DNA from: Meiothermus sp. | GTDB lineage: Bacteria; Deinococcota; Deinococci; Deinococcales; Thermaceae | DNA: 64,000 nt | Reading direction: 5' to 3' | Assembly (NCBI GenBank): GCA_033762915.1 | Contig: JANRLD010000072.1 | Coordinates: forward strand, 10,670 to 74,669 | Part shown: positions 1 through 11,000 of the stretch, in pieces | Numbering within the stretch: position 1 is the first letter of the stretch | Layout: each line of letters starts with the position of its first letter | Translations under genes and position numbers: made by a program | The notes under the pieces: model-generated | What the model was told of the DNA's origin: nothing | Database searches by the model: none | The model's input: only the letters and a program-made list of their open reading frames with translations

Positions 1-542
1 AACCAAGGCGAGTCTGAGCACGGCCACGGCCTTTAGTGATGAGATGCGCCTGGGGCTGATCGGACAGGTCAGACGCGTTCTGGCTCCTAGAGGGGTAAAA
101 GTCGTCCAGCCACTACAGCGAGAATACCAATACGAGTACCTGATGCTGGCGGTACTGCCCTTGATCGGCAAACTGCTGTGGGAGTGGATGCCTCGGATGA
201 AGCAGGTTCATCTCGTCCCCATCCTCCAGCGTTGGTCACAACACATCACCTGCAACATATGGGATGGGGCCGGGGTTCACCGAGGCAAAGACCTACACAA
301 CCTACCGGGTACTCGTATCATCCAGCCAGCCTACTCTCCTGAACTCAATCCCGCAGAACGGGTCTTCCAGGAGGTTCGTCGCCACGTTGAGGGCAAGGTC
401 TACTCCTCTCTCGCCGACAAACGCCAAGCTGTCGAAGACTTTCTCCAAGACCTCGCTGCTCAACCCGTCGCCGTCAAGCAACTGTGCTTTTGGCCTTGGA
501 TTCGTGAGGCTTTATGTGTCACCCAATCAAGGATTTGGTATA
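1..542 (+). mobile_element. IS630-family insertion sequence, 3' part (transposase DDE domain; truncated by window start)
   Basis: Frame open from position 2: FSDEMRLG...IWDGAGVH...PAYSPELNPAE..., the D-D-E motifs of IS630 transposases. Likely right end GGATTTGGTA-TA at 531-542. The ORF reads on to a stop at 619. Confidence 0.85.
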
Positions 543-636
543 AGGTATTCGCCAAAGCAAAAATCGCTATTGGGAGTATGCGTGGGAACCGCTGTCAGGG
601 CGGGTCTACCCTGCGTTAAAACGGTTTGCCAAAGTG

Positions 637-665
637 AAGCCCGCAGATTTGGTCTGCGGGCTTTT
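637..665. terminator. GC-rich hairpin abutting the tRNA 3' end (probable terminator)
   Basis: AAGCCCGCAGA-TTTGG-TCTGCGGGCTT inverted repeat followed by a T-run on the + strand. Confidence 0.6.
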
Positions 666-751
666 TGGTGCGAGAGATGGGACTCGAACCCACACGCCCT
701 GTCGGACAACAGATTTTAAGTCTGTAGCGTCTACCATTCCGCCACTCTCGC
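666..751 (-). tRNA. tRNA-Leu (anticodon TAA), CCA encoded
   Basis: Reverse complement GCGAGAGTGGCGGAATGGTAGACGCTACAGAC-TTAAAA-TCTGT...GGTTCGAGTCCCATCTCTCGCACCA: cloverleaf with long variable arm and TTCGA T-loop. Confidence 0.97.
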
Positions 752-854
752 GCCGGGCGGGCAAGGGTTAGTTTAGGGGGTTTTGACAAATTAGTGAAGA
801 ATATCAAGGTAGCTCTGGCGGAATCGCAATGAAACTGCTTTCTGCTGATAGCCT

Positions 855-2813
855 TTATTGCCCAAGCCGCATGGTGCCCAGGTCCAGCGCGTCCGTTCGA
901 GGCACGGTCAGGTCGCGCAGCGAGGCCGGCTCACCGGGGTCGCAGAGCTGGTTGGCGGAGTCGTCGCGGCAGAGCTGCATTTTGTAAATCCCGGGCATCA
1001 GTCGGGTCTCGAAGCTCGAGCCGGTGATGGGCTTCAGGCGGGGGCTTGGGCCGCTGAACTGAACCAAGAAATTGCCCGAAGGTAGCACCCAGCCGAACAC
1101 ACCAGGCAGGTTGAGAAATCCGTCTCCGTAGATGTTGTCGCGGCCAACAGTACCCAGGTCGGTGAGCCGGGACTTGACCAGCTCCCAGGCGGCTCTGGGG
1201 GTTTCGGCTTTATCTGCCGAGAGGACCATGGCAACAGCGGCGGCTACCTGGGGCGAGGCCTGAGAGGTCCCCATATAGAAAGTGTAGTTGGGCAGGTTGG
1301 TGGTGTAGTTCCAGGTGGTCGAGAGGATTCCCCCCACACCGCCCGGCTTGCTGGTGGTGTTGCCACCGGGGGCGGTCACGTCCACGTCTTCGTTCTGCTG
1401 GCTGTAGAAGGTGGACTGGTTCTGGTCGTCGGTCGCCGCGACGGAGACCACCCCGGGGCAGGAGGCGGGGTAGACCTTATCACCGGGGAAGCGGCTCTGG
1501 AAGTTGCCTGCGGCAGCCACCACCACCACCCCCCTAGCGGTCACGTCGGCAATGGCCTCGCACATCGAGAAGGCCTGGGTGCCGCTGCGGGCCCCCAGCG
1601 ACAGATTGATGATCTGCGCAGGTCGAGGGTTTAGCAGGGTCTGGCCGCCGACGGTCACCGCGATTCCGCCGGCGTACCGTACGGCCAGGGCCACGTTAGC
1701 AAAACTCCCGTTGCCTTGAGCGTCGAGTACCCGGATGGGCAGCACTTTGACCTGTGCGCGGTAGCCCAGGCCCACCATCCCGGAGTCGGTGCAGGTGGGG
1801 CAAGGGCGGTCGAAGGTGCCTGCATTGGCGACGATGATGCCGGTCACGTGGGTGCCGTGGCTGCCACCGCTCTTGGCCAGGGCGTCGCAGGGGTCCTGAG
1901 GGTTGTTGTCGGTGGGTGGTGCGTTAAGGGGGTCGGGAACCGCACAGGGCTCGGCCGTATCACCCACAAAGTCGTAGGCCCCTTCGCCGGGCTGCCACAG
2001 CCTTCCGGCCAGGTCGGGGTGGTCGTAGCGTACCCCGGTGTCTATCACCGCCACCGTAACCGGGCGGGCGTAGGCCTGCTCGCTACCGAAGTGTGCCCCG
2101 GTCTGGCGGAAGTACCACTGCTGATTGAGGAACTGGTCGGTGGGCTGGGCTTGGGCCTGGACCTGCCCCGGTGCTCCGAGGGCGCTGACGATCCCGTTAG
2201 GCTCAGCCCAGACCACATTGGGGTCGGCACGGAGCTGCTCGAGGGTGCGACGAACGTCGGCGGTCTTGAGTTTGGCCAGGCGGTTACGGCTGTCCTGGTC
2301 AAGCATCCTGGCGTTCCCCAGCGACTGGCGGCTGAGCCCGCCTTGGCGGTACTTAACCAGCACCTCTCCGGTGTCCCCGCCGGCCTCGGGGCGAAGGCCC
2401 TGCCAGCCGAGGCCGGGGGCGGACGCGAGTGCGGTGGCCGCCGGGGTGGCCTCGACCTGCCCGGTCACCCGAACCAGCGGCAGCCGCACCCGAATGAATC
2501 CCTTGAGGTCTCCAGAGACCTCGATCAGCCCCTGGTACTCGGCTTGCTCGGCGATGGGCTCGCTGAAGTTGGTGCGAACGCGGATGGTGGCCGGGCCGAG
2601 TCCGCTCTCTGGGGAAAGCACGATCCAGCCGGTGGGGCTATCAAGTTTCCAGGCTACGTTGGGGCCAGCGCGAAGGTTAAACTGCGTCTCCGTTCCGCCG
2701 AGCTGAATCTCTACCGGCACCGCGTTAAGGGCGTTGACCGGCTCGAGCAGCCCCTGGAGTGAGCTACAGGCAGTCGCAACAAGGCTCAGAAGCACCAGGG
2801 CAAAACGACGCAT
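855..2813 (-). CDS. S8 (subtilisin-like) serine peptidase, lipoprotein with N-terminal BACON/Ig-like segment
   Basis: Lipobox VATAC; triad motifs VAVIDTG, SHGTHVTG, GTSQASP; oxyanion motif AAAGN. Confidence 0.92.
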   Translation of the reverse strand: MRRFALVLLSLVATACSSLQGLLEPVNALNAVPVEIQLGGTETQFNLRAGPNVAWKLDSPTGWIVLSPESGLGPATIRVRTNFSEPIAEQAEYQGLIEVSGDLKGFIRVRLPLVRVTGQVEATPAATALASAPGLGWQGLRPEAGGDTGEVLVKYRQGGLSRQSLGNARMLDQDSRNRLAKLKTADVRRTLEQLRADPNVVWAEPNGIVSALGAPGQVQAQAQPTDQFLNQQWYFRQTGAHFGSEQAYARPVTVAVIDTGVRYDHPDLAGRLWQPGEGAYDFVGDTAEPCAVPDPLNAPPTDNNPQDPCDALAKSGGSHGTHVTGIIVANAGTFDRPCPTCTDSGMVGLGYRAQVKVLPIRVLDAQGNGSFANVALAVRYAGGIAVTVGGQTLLNPRPAQIINLSLGARSGTQAFSMCEAIADVTARGVVVVAAAGNFQSRFPGDKVYPASCPGVVSVAATDDQNQSTFYSQQNEDVDVTAPGGNTTSKPGGVGGILSTTWNYTTNLPNYTFYMGTSQASPQVAAAVAMVLSADKAETPRAAWELVKSRLTDLGTVGRDNIYGDGFLNLPGVFGWVLPSGNFLVQFSGPSPRLKPITGSSFETRLMPGIYKMQLCRDDSANQLCDPGEPASLRDLTVPRTDALDLGTMRLGQ

Positions 2814-2945
2814 CCAGTCAAGAATATCCTGAAATTCACAGAGTCCAATGAATATATGAACAAGCCGCTGGCCGGACAGCTGGGGACAGGGTTCGTTTCT
2901 CAGCCGGTTTGACTTTTCTGGCCTTTGACCAAAAGCCCGCTTCCG

Positions 2946-4064
2946 TTAGCTCCAGTCTTCTGGCTTCGGGGCCAAACCCAACCGCCAAGCCACGCCCAGG
3001 GCGCAGCGCTCGGCGGCCTTTCCGTCGCCGTAGGGGTTCTTGGAGGCAGCCATGCGCTTGCGCTCGGCCTCGTTGGAAAGCAGTTCGGTGGTCAGGCGGT
3101 AAAGATTCTCGGGCTCGGTGCCCGCCAGGCGGATGATGCCCGCGTCCACGCCCTCGGGCCGCTCAGTGACGTTACGGGGCACGATCACCGGGACGCCCAG
3201 CGCTGCGCCTTCCTCCTGCAAACCGCCGGAGTCGGTGACGAAGAGTTCACTGCGGCTCATCAAGGCGGCCATCGCGCCGTACTCCAAGGGGTCGGTCAGG
3301 ATCACGTTGGGTACACGTTCCAGCACCGGCCATACCGCCTCGCGCACCACTGGGTTGAGGTGGACCGGGTAGACAAACGTGAAGCCGGGGTGCTCCCGGG
3401 CCGCCCGCGCCAGCGCCTCGGCCAGCCTTCCCATGATCTCCCAGTTTTCTCGGCGGTGCAGGGTCACGGTAACCAGCCTCGAGTCGGGTATGCCCTCGGG
3501 CAGTCGGCCCACTTTAGAGGCGAACATCACTGCATCCACGGCGGTCTGGCCGGTGACCAGGATGCGGTCAGGGCCTTTGCCCTCGGCCAGCAGGTTGTTT
3601 TTGGACAGGCCGGTGGGGGCCAGGTCGAGGTCGGTCAGCACATCGGTCAGGCGCCGGTTGGCCTCCTCGGGGAAGGGCTCGGCCATGTTGTGGCTGCGCA
3701 GACCGGCCTCCACGTGCCCTACGGGGATTCGCTCCAGAAACGCCGCCCAGCTCACCGCGAAGGTGGTTAGGGTGTCGCCGTGCACCAGAACGTAGTCGGC
3801 CCCGAGTTTTTTCAGCGCAGCAGCGGTCTGGGGCAAAACGCGCGCGAACAGCTCGGGCAAGGTCTGACGGTCCACCATCACATCCAGGTTTAGCGTTGCG
3901 GGAACGTTAAACAGCGACAGAGCCTGCAAGAGCATCTCGCGGTGCTGGCCGGTTAGCAGCACCAACGGTTCGATGCCCTCGACTTTGCGGAGGGCGTGAT
4001 AGACGGGAGCCATTTTCGTGGCTTCGGGCCGGGTCCCGAAGGCCAGGACGACACGTTTTCTCAT
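2946..4064 (-). CDS. wecB: UDP-N-acetylglucosamine 2-epimerase (non-hydrolysing)
   Basis: [41 protein letters not shown] motifs. Confidence 0.97.
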   Translation of the reverse strand: MRKRVVLAFGTRPEATKMAPVYHALRKVEGIEPLVLLTGQHREMLLQALSLFNVPATLNLDVMVDRQTLPELFARVLPQTAAALKKLGADYVLVHGDTLTTFAVSWAAFLERIPVGHVEAGLRSHNMAEPFPEEANRRLTDVLTDLDLAPTGLSKNNLLAEGKGPDRILVTGQTAVDAVMFASKVGRLPEGIPDSRLVTVTLHRRENWEIMGRLAEALARAAREHPGFTFVYPVHLNPVVREAVWPVLERVPNVILTDPLEYGAMAALMSRSELFVTDSGGLQEEGAALGVPVIVPRNVTERPEGVDAGIIRLAGTEPENLYRLTTELLSNEAERKRMAASKNPYGDGKAAERCALGVAWRLGLAPKPEDWS

Positions 4065-4147
4065 AGGTTGGTTGGGTTTCGCATAAACCCACTCAGCAGA
4101 ATACCCTATCGTACCCCTCTGCCGCCCAGCGTTTTACCATAACCCCG

Positions 4148-5269
4148 CTATTGCGGCACCGACTGCGACTGGGCCTCGAGCGCCTGCTCTTCCTTCCAGA
4201 CCGCCCGCAGCTTACGCCACACCGCGAAGCCCAACAGCCCCGCGGTCCCCAGGGCCGCCACCACAATTACCGTCAGGCTAACCCCCTGCACCGCCATCGC
4301 CACGATGTTGAGCGCCAGGGTGACGCTCCACAGGGTGATGGTCGTGCGGCGCTGGGAGAACCCCCTGGCCAGTAGCAGGTGGTGCAGGTGGTCCCTGCCG
4401 GGGGTGGACATGGGGTTCTGACCCCTCGAGAGCCGCCGGATGAATACACGGGTCACGTCGAAGATTGGCAGCAGCAGGAACAGCGCGGTGGGGATCAGTG
4501 AAAAGACCGTAGTCACCTTTAAGCTGCCCAGCAGCGCGGTGGCCGCCAGCACGTATCCGAAGAAATAAGCTCCGGCATCGCCCATGATGATTTTGGAGGG
4601 GTGGAAGTTGTGCCGCAAAAAGCCAAGCGCCCCGCCCGCCAGCGCGGCCAGCACCAGGGTTGCGGCGGCCCACCGCGGGTCCTGGGCGGAAACCGCCAGA
4701 AGGCACATTGCCGTGATGTAGGAGATGCCCCCTGCCAGACCGTCCACCCCGTCCATCAGGTTGACCGCGTTGGTAATCCCCACCACCCAGAAAACCGTCA
4801 GGAAGGCCCCCAGCAGAGGATCCAGGGCCGTCCCGAAGGCCGCGTCGAAACGTATCCCGACTGCCACCAGCAGCAGTGCCGAAAGCACCTGCACCACCAG
4901 CCTGAACAGGGGCGGCAGGCTGAACTGGTCGTCGATAAAGCCCACCATCACCAAAATGGCCCCGCCCAGCAGAATGGCCAGCACCTGCACCTGCACGGTC
5001 TGGATCTCGATAGGGCGCAGCACCGCCGCGACAATCAGCGCGGTGATGACCCCCGCGAAGATGGCCAAGCCCCCCGCGTTGGGCAAGGGCTCTTTGTTAA
5101 GGCGTCGGGCGTTGGGCTGGTCGGCCCAGCCCACCTTAAGGGCAAAGCTCCGCACCCTGGGCATGAACCGCCAGGTGGCGAAGGACGCGATGGCGAACGT
5201 CAGCATAACCGTCCACCAACCCGACCCCGCCGGGTTGGCGACCCCGATTGCCTTGAGAAACTCGAGCAT
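4148..5269 (-). CDS. Undecaprenyl-phosphate GlcNAc-1-phosphate transferase (MraY/WecA/TagO family)
   Basis: Multi-TM; GFIDD, NAVNLMDGVDGLA, IMGDAG, RDHLHH. Start placed at the ATG 7 nt after a TAGACT -10 hexamer. Confidence 0.93.
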   Translation of the reverse strand: MLEFLKAIGVANPAGSGWWTVMLTFAIASFATWRFMPRVRSFALKVGWADQPNARRLNKEPLPNAGGLAIFAGVITALIVAAVLRPIEIQTVQVQVLAILLGGAILVMVGFIDDQFSLPPLFRLVVQVLSALLLVAVGIRFDAAFGTALDPLLGAFLTVFWVVGITNAVNLMDGVDGLAGGISYITAMCLLAVSAQDPRWAAATLVLAALAGGALGFLRHNFHPSKIIMGDAGAYFFGYVLAATALLGSLKVTTVFSLIPTALFLLLPIFDVTRVFIRRLSRGQNPMSTPGRDHLHHLLLARGFSQRRTTITLWSVTLALNIVAMAVQGVSLTVIVVAALGTAGLLGFAVWRKLRAVWKEEQALEAQSQSVPQ

Positions 5270-5734
5270 CGACACGAGTCTACATTGCCTTTCTGTGAGT
5301 GTGGCTGAGGCTCGAGCCCACGGCCACCTCCGGCCCTCGGCTAATGCCTTGAAAAGTGGGGCAACTTTTGCGTAGTGGTGTTCGCCAAGGTTTCAGGGCC
5401 GCTGTCCATAAACCGGCCAACTGTTGTTGTTCATCGACTGGCTTGGGAGCATTCCGGGACGAGATAAGGTCGGGCAAAAGCGAAGCGACGGACAAGGCAA
5501 TCATCAGCCTAGCGCACGCTGCGCCGAAGGTTTCCGCGTGTGGCACTCGATCTACGAACATGCCGGCACATCAAGGCAGACAGGTCGGGCCGTGCCGTCC
5601 ACCTTGCCCAAGGCGTCTCGAGGTTGCATTTATGGGTGCCCCAGCCCATCATAGAGGGACAACCTTATCCCCAAGCGGCTGCAAAGCTCTTCACCTCCCC
5701 CTCGCCCTCGCTTTTCCCTCTGAGGAGTCCTCGT

Positions 5735-7933
5735 ATGAAACCTCTTTCAAAGCTTGCGATCTTCGCGTTGATTTCCCTGTTGGTGGCCTGTGTTGGCGGC
5801 TCGAGCGGGCCGGTCAGTGGCAACAGCACCGGGGGCGGGCTGCTGGTTCTGCCGGGCCAGGTAGGGGAGGAGCCCTCGCCCACCGATCCCGTCGGCAATG
5901 ACGTGATTGCCGGGACCATCACCGCCCCGGCCGGTGGAAACCTGTTGGGCACGCTGGTTGTCTTCTGTTTTGTAGACAACACCAATCAGTGCAACCCAAA
6001 GTCCGCCAACAGCACCGTCGACTGGATCACCGTCAGTGCCAACAAGGTCACCTACTCGATCAAGCTGAACGCCGGCCGCTACATCGTGGAAGCCCTTAAG
6101 GACAACAACAACGACGGCGACCTCGGTGCGGGAGACTGGTACGGCTGCTTCGGGCAGAACGGTACGCTGTGCTCGATCGTTCAGCCCCCCCGGGGCAGCG
6201 TCAATGTGAACATGGGGGTGCTCACCAGCAGCCTGGCCGCTCGCGAACTGCCCAGTGCCCGCAGCCAAAACTTCCGTGCCAACTCGGCAGAGGCGGAAAT
6301 CGTCGCGGGAGAGGTGATTGTTAAGTTCAAACCCGGCGTGAGTCTGCAGCGCCTGTCTGGCCTCAGCGCCAACGTCGGGGGCCAGCAGGTGGAGGCGGCC
6401 TGGGTGAGGTCCTTGGGGCTGCCGGAAACCGAGCTATTCCGGGCGGGCCTGGATGTGGCGCAAACCTACGAGCTGATCGCCCAGCTCAGCCAGCGCCCCG
6501 ACGTCGTATATGCCGAGCCAAACTACATCTCGCGGGCCTATAAGGCCCCCAACGACCCCCTCTACGCCCGCCAGTGGCACTACAAGGCCATGAACTTGGA
6601 GGCCGCCTGGGACATCACCGACGGTACCGGCAGCCCAGTCAACGTGGCGGTGGTGGACACCGGCAATATCAGCCATCCCGACCTTAACGCCGGCACCCTG
6701 CCCGGTTTCGACTTCATCTCCGACCCAGCTCGAGGGGGAGATGGCAACGGGCGGGATAACAACCCCACCGACGAGGGCGGCGACTCGGGCTTCCACGGCG
6801 CCCACGTGGCCGGGACCATCGCAGCCCGCAGCAACAACGGTTCTGGAGTGGCCGGGGTAAACTGGGGGGCCAGGATCATTCCGGTGAGGGTGCTGGGCGT
6901 GGACGGCTCCGGCTCCTCGCTGGACATCATCGATGGGGTGCGCTGGGCGGCGGGCCTGAGCGTGGCGGGCGTGACCAACATCCCCTCCGCTAACCAAGCC
7001 AAGGTAATCAACATGAGCCTGGGTGGAAAGCGGCCCTGTAGCGCTACCGAGCAGGCCGTCTTCACCCAGCTCAAGAACTTGGGGATCATCGTGGTGGTGG
7101 CGGCAGGAAACGAGAATGACAACGCCGTCAACTACGCCCCCGCCAGTTGCAACGACGTCATCACCGTCGGGGCCACCGGCCCCAGGGGCGAGCGCGCCCG
7201 GTACTCTAACTTCGGCCCCCCAGTCGACGTGATGGCCCCCGGCGGCGATACCCGTCAGACCATCACTGTGAGCGGCCAGACCTTCGACGCCGGGGTGCTT
7301 TCCACGGTGCTCAACGCCACCGGAAGCCCCGCCTTCACCAGCTATAACGGCACCTCGATGGCGGCCCCGCACATCGCCGGGGTGGTCGCCCTGATGCTCA
7401 GCCGCGACTCGAGCCTCAGCTTCGAGACCGTCCTGCAGCGGCTGCGCGACTCGGCGACGCCCCTTAGCAGCGCCAACTGCAACAGCCCCGTGGCCAGCGG
7501 GTGCGGTTCGGGTCTGGTAGACGCGGCCAAGGCGCTTGGTAGCAACGCCTCTGCGCCGACTCCGGCCCCGCCCCAGACTGGCACCGCCCGCATCTATGCG
7601 GCAGCCCTCTACTGTAAAACCAGCGCCTGTGCCGATTACGACGATAACCGCAGCAAAGTCATCGAGGTTACAGGCCAAACCCAGCAGATCGAGTTCCAAA
7701 TTCGCAACCTTTCCGCGGGCACTTACGAGTTTGCCGGTTGGCAGGATGTGAACGCCGACGGCGAGATCAACGGAAACGACAGCTTTGGCTTCACCAGTCC
7801 TCTGGTGCTGCGCGACAACCAGACCCGCAACGACATCCTGGTGCGCCTCAAGCCTTTCACCAGCACCGGCGCGGTCAGCGCTTCGGCCACCTCGAGCAGC
7901 CCGCTCGAGGCCCTCGAGCGGTTGGTCCGCTAA
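5735..7933 (+). CDS. S8 serine peptidase, lipoprotein with N- and C-terminal DxNxDG-containing accessory domains
   Basis: RBS GAGGAG then MKPLSKLAIFALISLLVAC lipobox; VAVVDTG, FHGAHVAGT, GTSMAAPH. Confidence 0.92.
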   Translation: MKPLSKLAIFALISLLVACVGGSSGPVSGNSTGGGLLVLPGQVGEEPSPTDPVGNDVIAGTITAPAGGNLLGTLVVFCFVDNTNQCNPKSANSTVDWITVSANKVTYSIKLNAGRYIVEALKDNNNDGDLGAGDWYGCFGQNGTLCSIVQPPRGSVNVNMGVLTSSLAARELPSARSQNFRANSAEAEIVAGEVIVKFKPGVSLQRLSGLSANVGGQQVEAAWVRSLGLPETELFRAGLDVAQTYELIAQLSQRPDVVYAEPNYISRAYKAPNDPLYARQWHYKAMNLEAAWDITDGTGSPVNVAVVDTGNISHPDLNAGTLPGFDFISDPARGGDGNGRDNNPTDEGGDSGFHGAHVAGTIAARSNNGSGVAGVNWGARIIPVRVLGVDGSGSSLDIIDGVRWAAGLSVAGVTNIPSANQAKVINMSLGGKRPCSATEQAVFTQLKNLGIIVVVAAGNENDNAVNYAPASCNDVITVGATGPRGERARYSNFGPPVDVMAPGGDTRQTITVSGQTFDAGVLSTVLNATGSPAFTSYNGTSMAAPHIAGVVALMLSRDSSLSFETVLQRLRDSATPLSSANCNSPVASGCGSGLVDAAKALGSNASAPTPAPPQTGTARIYAAALYCKTSACADYDDNRSKVIEVTGQTQQIEFQIRNLSAGTYEFAGWQDVNADGEINGNDSFGFTSPLVLRDNQTRNDILVRLKPFTSTGAVSASATSSSPLEALERLVR

Positions 7934-7966
7934 ACCCATCGGGTCCGGGCCTGTTCCAGACCCTCA

Positions 7967-8052
7967 CAGCGGTTCACACGCATACTCCCTACAGCGGTGT
8001 TGCTGTAGGGAGTAGATTCCTTGCCGCCTCGAGGTAATGGTGTGAACCTCTG
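7967..8052 (+). repeat. MITE/REP-like element, copy A
   Basis: 13-bp terminal inverted repeats CAGCGGTTCACAC / GTGTGAACCTCTG; internal palindrome TACTCCCTACAGC...GCTGTAGGGAGTA; homologous to 13051-13137 and 27405-27502. Confidence 0.8.
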
Positions 8053-8059
8053 TCCGTGC

Positions 8060-11000
8060 CTAAGGCTCCCCGCCTTGCCGTGCAGCAGAGGTGGGGTCGG
8101 GCGACTGAATCGTGCTGAAAATGCGGGATTGCAGACCTTCGCGCAGCAGCTGCAGGCTTTGGCTCGAAAGGCTCAGCAGGGGCCTTAACGCGAAGTTTAG
8201 GTCGGAGCGCGGGGCAGTTACTACCGCAGTACCGCCCCCGCTCAGGAAGTTTCCGATGTAGTCGAGATCGTCGTAGCGGCCATTGCCGTTCTCGTCGATC
8301 CACCCCTCGATGTAATAGCTTCCGCCGACCAGTCCCGAGACCGTGTACGGCGCTGAGGCGGCATTGGAAGACAGGGTGACGTACCTCGAGTTGGCCAGGA
8401 TTTCGGTGGTGCCGTTCCAGAAGAAGGCGGTGATCCTGGCCCCGCTCAGGGTCTGGTTGGTGGGCGAGACCCCGACCACCAGGGTGAAGGCGGTACTGCG
8501 GCTTTGCCCTCCCCCTTCGCCCAATATGGTGAGTTCATAGGTGCCGGGCGCGGTGCTGGGGGAGGTGGTGAGTTGCAGGGCACTGCTCGAGTTCGCTGGG
8601 TTGGCCGAGAAGGCCGCCGTCACCCCACCTGGAAGCCCCTGGACGCTCAAGCTGACCTGGGTAGTGAAGCCGCCCCAGCGATCCAGGTTGACCGTCACCT
8701 GGCGGCTCCCACCGGCCCCGACCCCGAAGCCACTGGCGAGTGGGCGAACTGCGAAGCCCGGGACTGGGGCGGCTCGAGCCGCCTGCACCGCCGCCAGGGC
8801 GTCAATCAGTCCCGCACCGCAGTCGGCTGCCGATAGGCTGGGGGGAAGGGTGCGGACGCCGCCTTGAGAGCCTTGCTCTCCGCTGCACTGGGTGGCACTA
8901 AAGGGGCGGGCGGTGCGTTTGAGGATGTCTAGGGCTTCGGCGGGGGTGAGGTCCGGACGGGCGCTTTTCATCAGCGCCAAAACCCCAGCGACGTGCGGGG
9001 CCGCCATCGAAGTGCCCTGCAAGTAGCTATAAACGGCCTCGCCCGAGTTGCCCTTCCGGGTGCTCAACACGCCGCCGCCCTGGGACTGCCCGTTGAGGCT
9101 GATCAAGATGCTTCCGCCAGGGGCCATCACATCGGTGCGGGGGCCGAAGTTGGAGTAGTAGGCCCGCTGGGTCTCGGAATTGGACGCCCCCACGGTGACG
9201 ACACCGCTGCAACTGGCTGGGGAAAAATTGGCGGTATTGGCGGTGGAATTGCCGGAAGAAACCACCACCATGGCCCCCAGATTGCGGGCTTGGTTAATGG
9301 CCTGCTGGTACAACGGGTCCCGGCGGCAACTCCTGCTCCCCCCAAGGCTCATGTTGACGATTTGCGCAGGGTTGGGGTTGGCAGGGACGCCCGATACGGT
9401 CCCTCCGGCCGCCCAGACCACTCCATCGGTGATGTCCGCGACCGTACCCCCGTGGCGGCCAGGGCCCGGATGGGCAGGATGCGGGCCCCCCAGCTCGCCC
9501 CAGCAACCCCGGTGGCATTGTTGGTGGCAGCGGCGACCGTCCCGCTGACGTAGCTGCCGTGGAAGGTACTAGACCTCCTGCGAAAGTGGTTCAAGCATCG
9601 GCCTGAATGGTGAAAATAGAGTTCTTCAAGCCGAAATGCCGAGCCAGTCGCGGTTGTAGATGGCGGCGATGAGGCTGGCCCGCAGGCCGAAGCGCTTGCG
9701 CTTGTTACGGTAGACCTCCTTGAGGATGCGGAAGACCTTGAGCCTGCGGAGCACGTGCTCGATGACGATTCTTAGGCGGGGGATGCGACGGTTCTCCTGC
9801 TTGTCTGCCTGGCTGAGCCTAGCCTTGCGGGGTTTGCGCTTGGGGTGTTAGGCTTGGGGGTGGAGTTCCTTGATGCCCTGGTATCCACCATCGGCCAATA
9901 GATGAACTCTCAAATGGAGCACCATCTTGGCTCGTCTGTACAGGGCGAAATCGTGCTCGCGTCCTTTACCGACATGTACGCAGATGATTTGCCTGGTTCT
10001 GTGGTCTATGATCGCTTGCAGTTTCAGGGTGTGGCGTTTCTTCTTGCCGCTGTAGTAGGCCCGCTGTTTTTTTGGGGTCTTTCCATCGAGCTTTCCGCCA
10101 CGTCCACCACGATCACCTCGTAGCCCCAGCCCTCACCCTCCGCCCTCAGCTTACGCTTGCCTGGCAACCTGAAGCCGTACTTGATCAGTGCCTCCTCAAC
10201 CCGCTTCACCACCCGCCCGGCCGTGGTCTCGTGCACGCCCCAATCTATCCCCAGCCGGTACAAAGTCGGGTACTCCCGCAGGTACTGCAACGTCAGCAGC
10301 AACTGATCCTCCAGGCTCAGCTCCAACTCCCGACCAGTTTTTGCCTTATCCGCCTCCCGCTGTTCTAGACACCCCACCATCTGTTTGAACGTCCGCTGTT
10401 TCACCCCGGTCAGCCGCCTGAAGTCCTTCGTCTTCAGCCGCCTCAGCCAACTCCAGCTCCCTCGCTTGGTGTTTTCCACGACCTAGTCTATACTTCCCCT
10501 ACTTTCGCAGGTTGTCTACACCCGTTGGGGCTGCTCTCTTCGGGATTGGGGTCGCGTCCATCGCCGTCCCCAGCCGAGGAGACACTGCTGATAAAGTCGT
10601 AACCGGGCAGCAGCTTGCCCGCAAAGTCGGGGTGGGCCGCGAAAATCCCGGTGTCCACTACCGCGACCGTGACCGGGTTGCTCGAGCCGTTCTCCAGCGA
10701 CCAGGCCTGCGGAAGGTTGATGGCAGGATAGTGCCACTGCAGCGGATACTGGGGGTCGTTGGGGGTCAGCTGGGTGGGCAAGTAAACGAAGTTGGGTTGG
10801 GCGTACTCCACGTCGGGGCGGAGGTTGAGTTCGTTGATGGCCCGCAGCGTGGACTGTGGATCGGGTTCGGTACTGTATAGGCCGGCCCCCTCGAGGCCGA
10901 GGGGCCGATCAAACTGCAGCCCGACTCCGCCCGCCCACAGCGGCTCGGCCCGCTGTAGGCTGATCCCCCGGAACTTGACGATCACCTCGCCAGGCACGAA

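Noticed and set aside
6434..7939. Long antisense/alternative ORFs (also 1716-2762, 34943-36409, 49352-50719 and others)
   Set aside because: Shadow frames of recognisable genes, expected in high-GC DNA; no motifs of their own.
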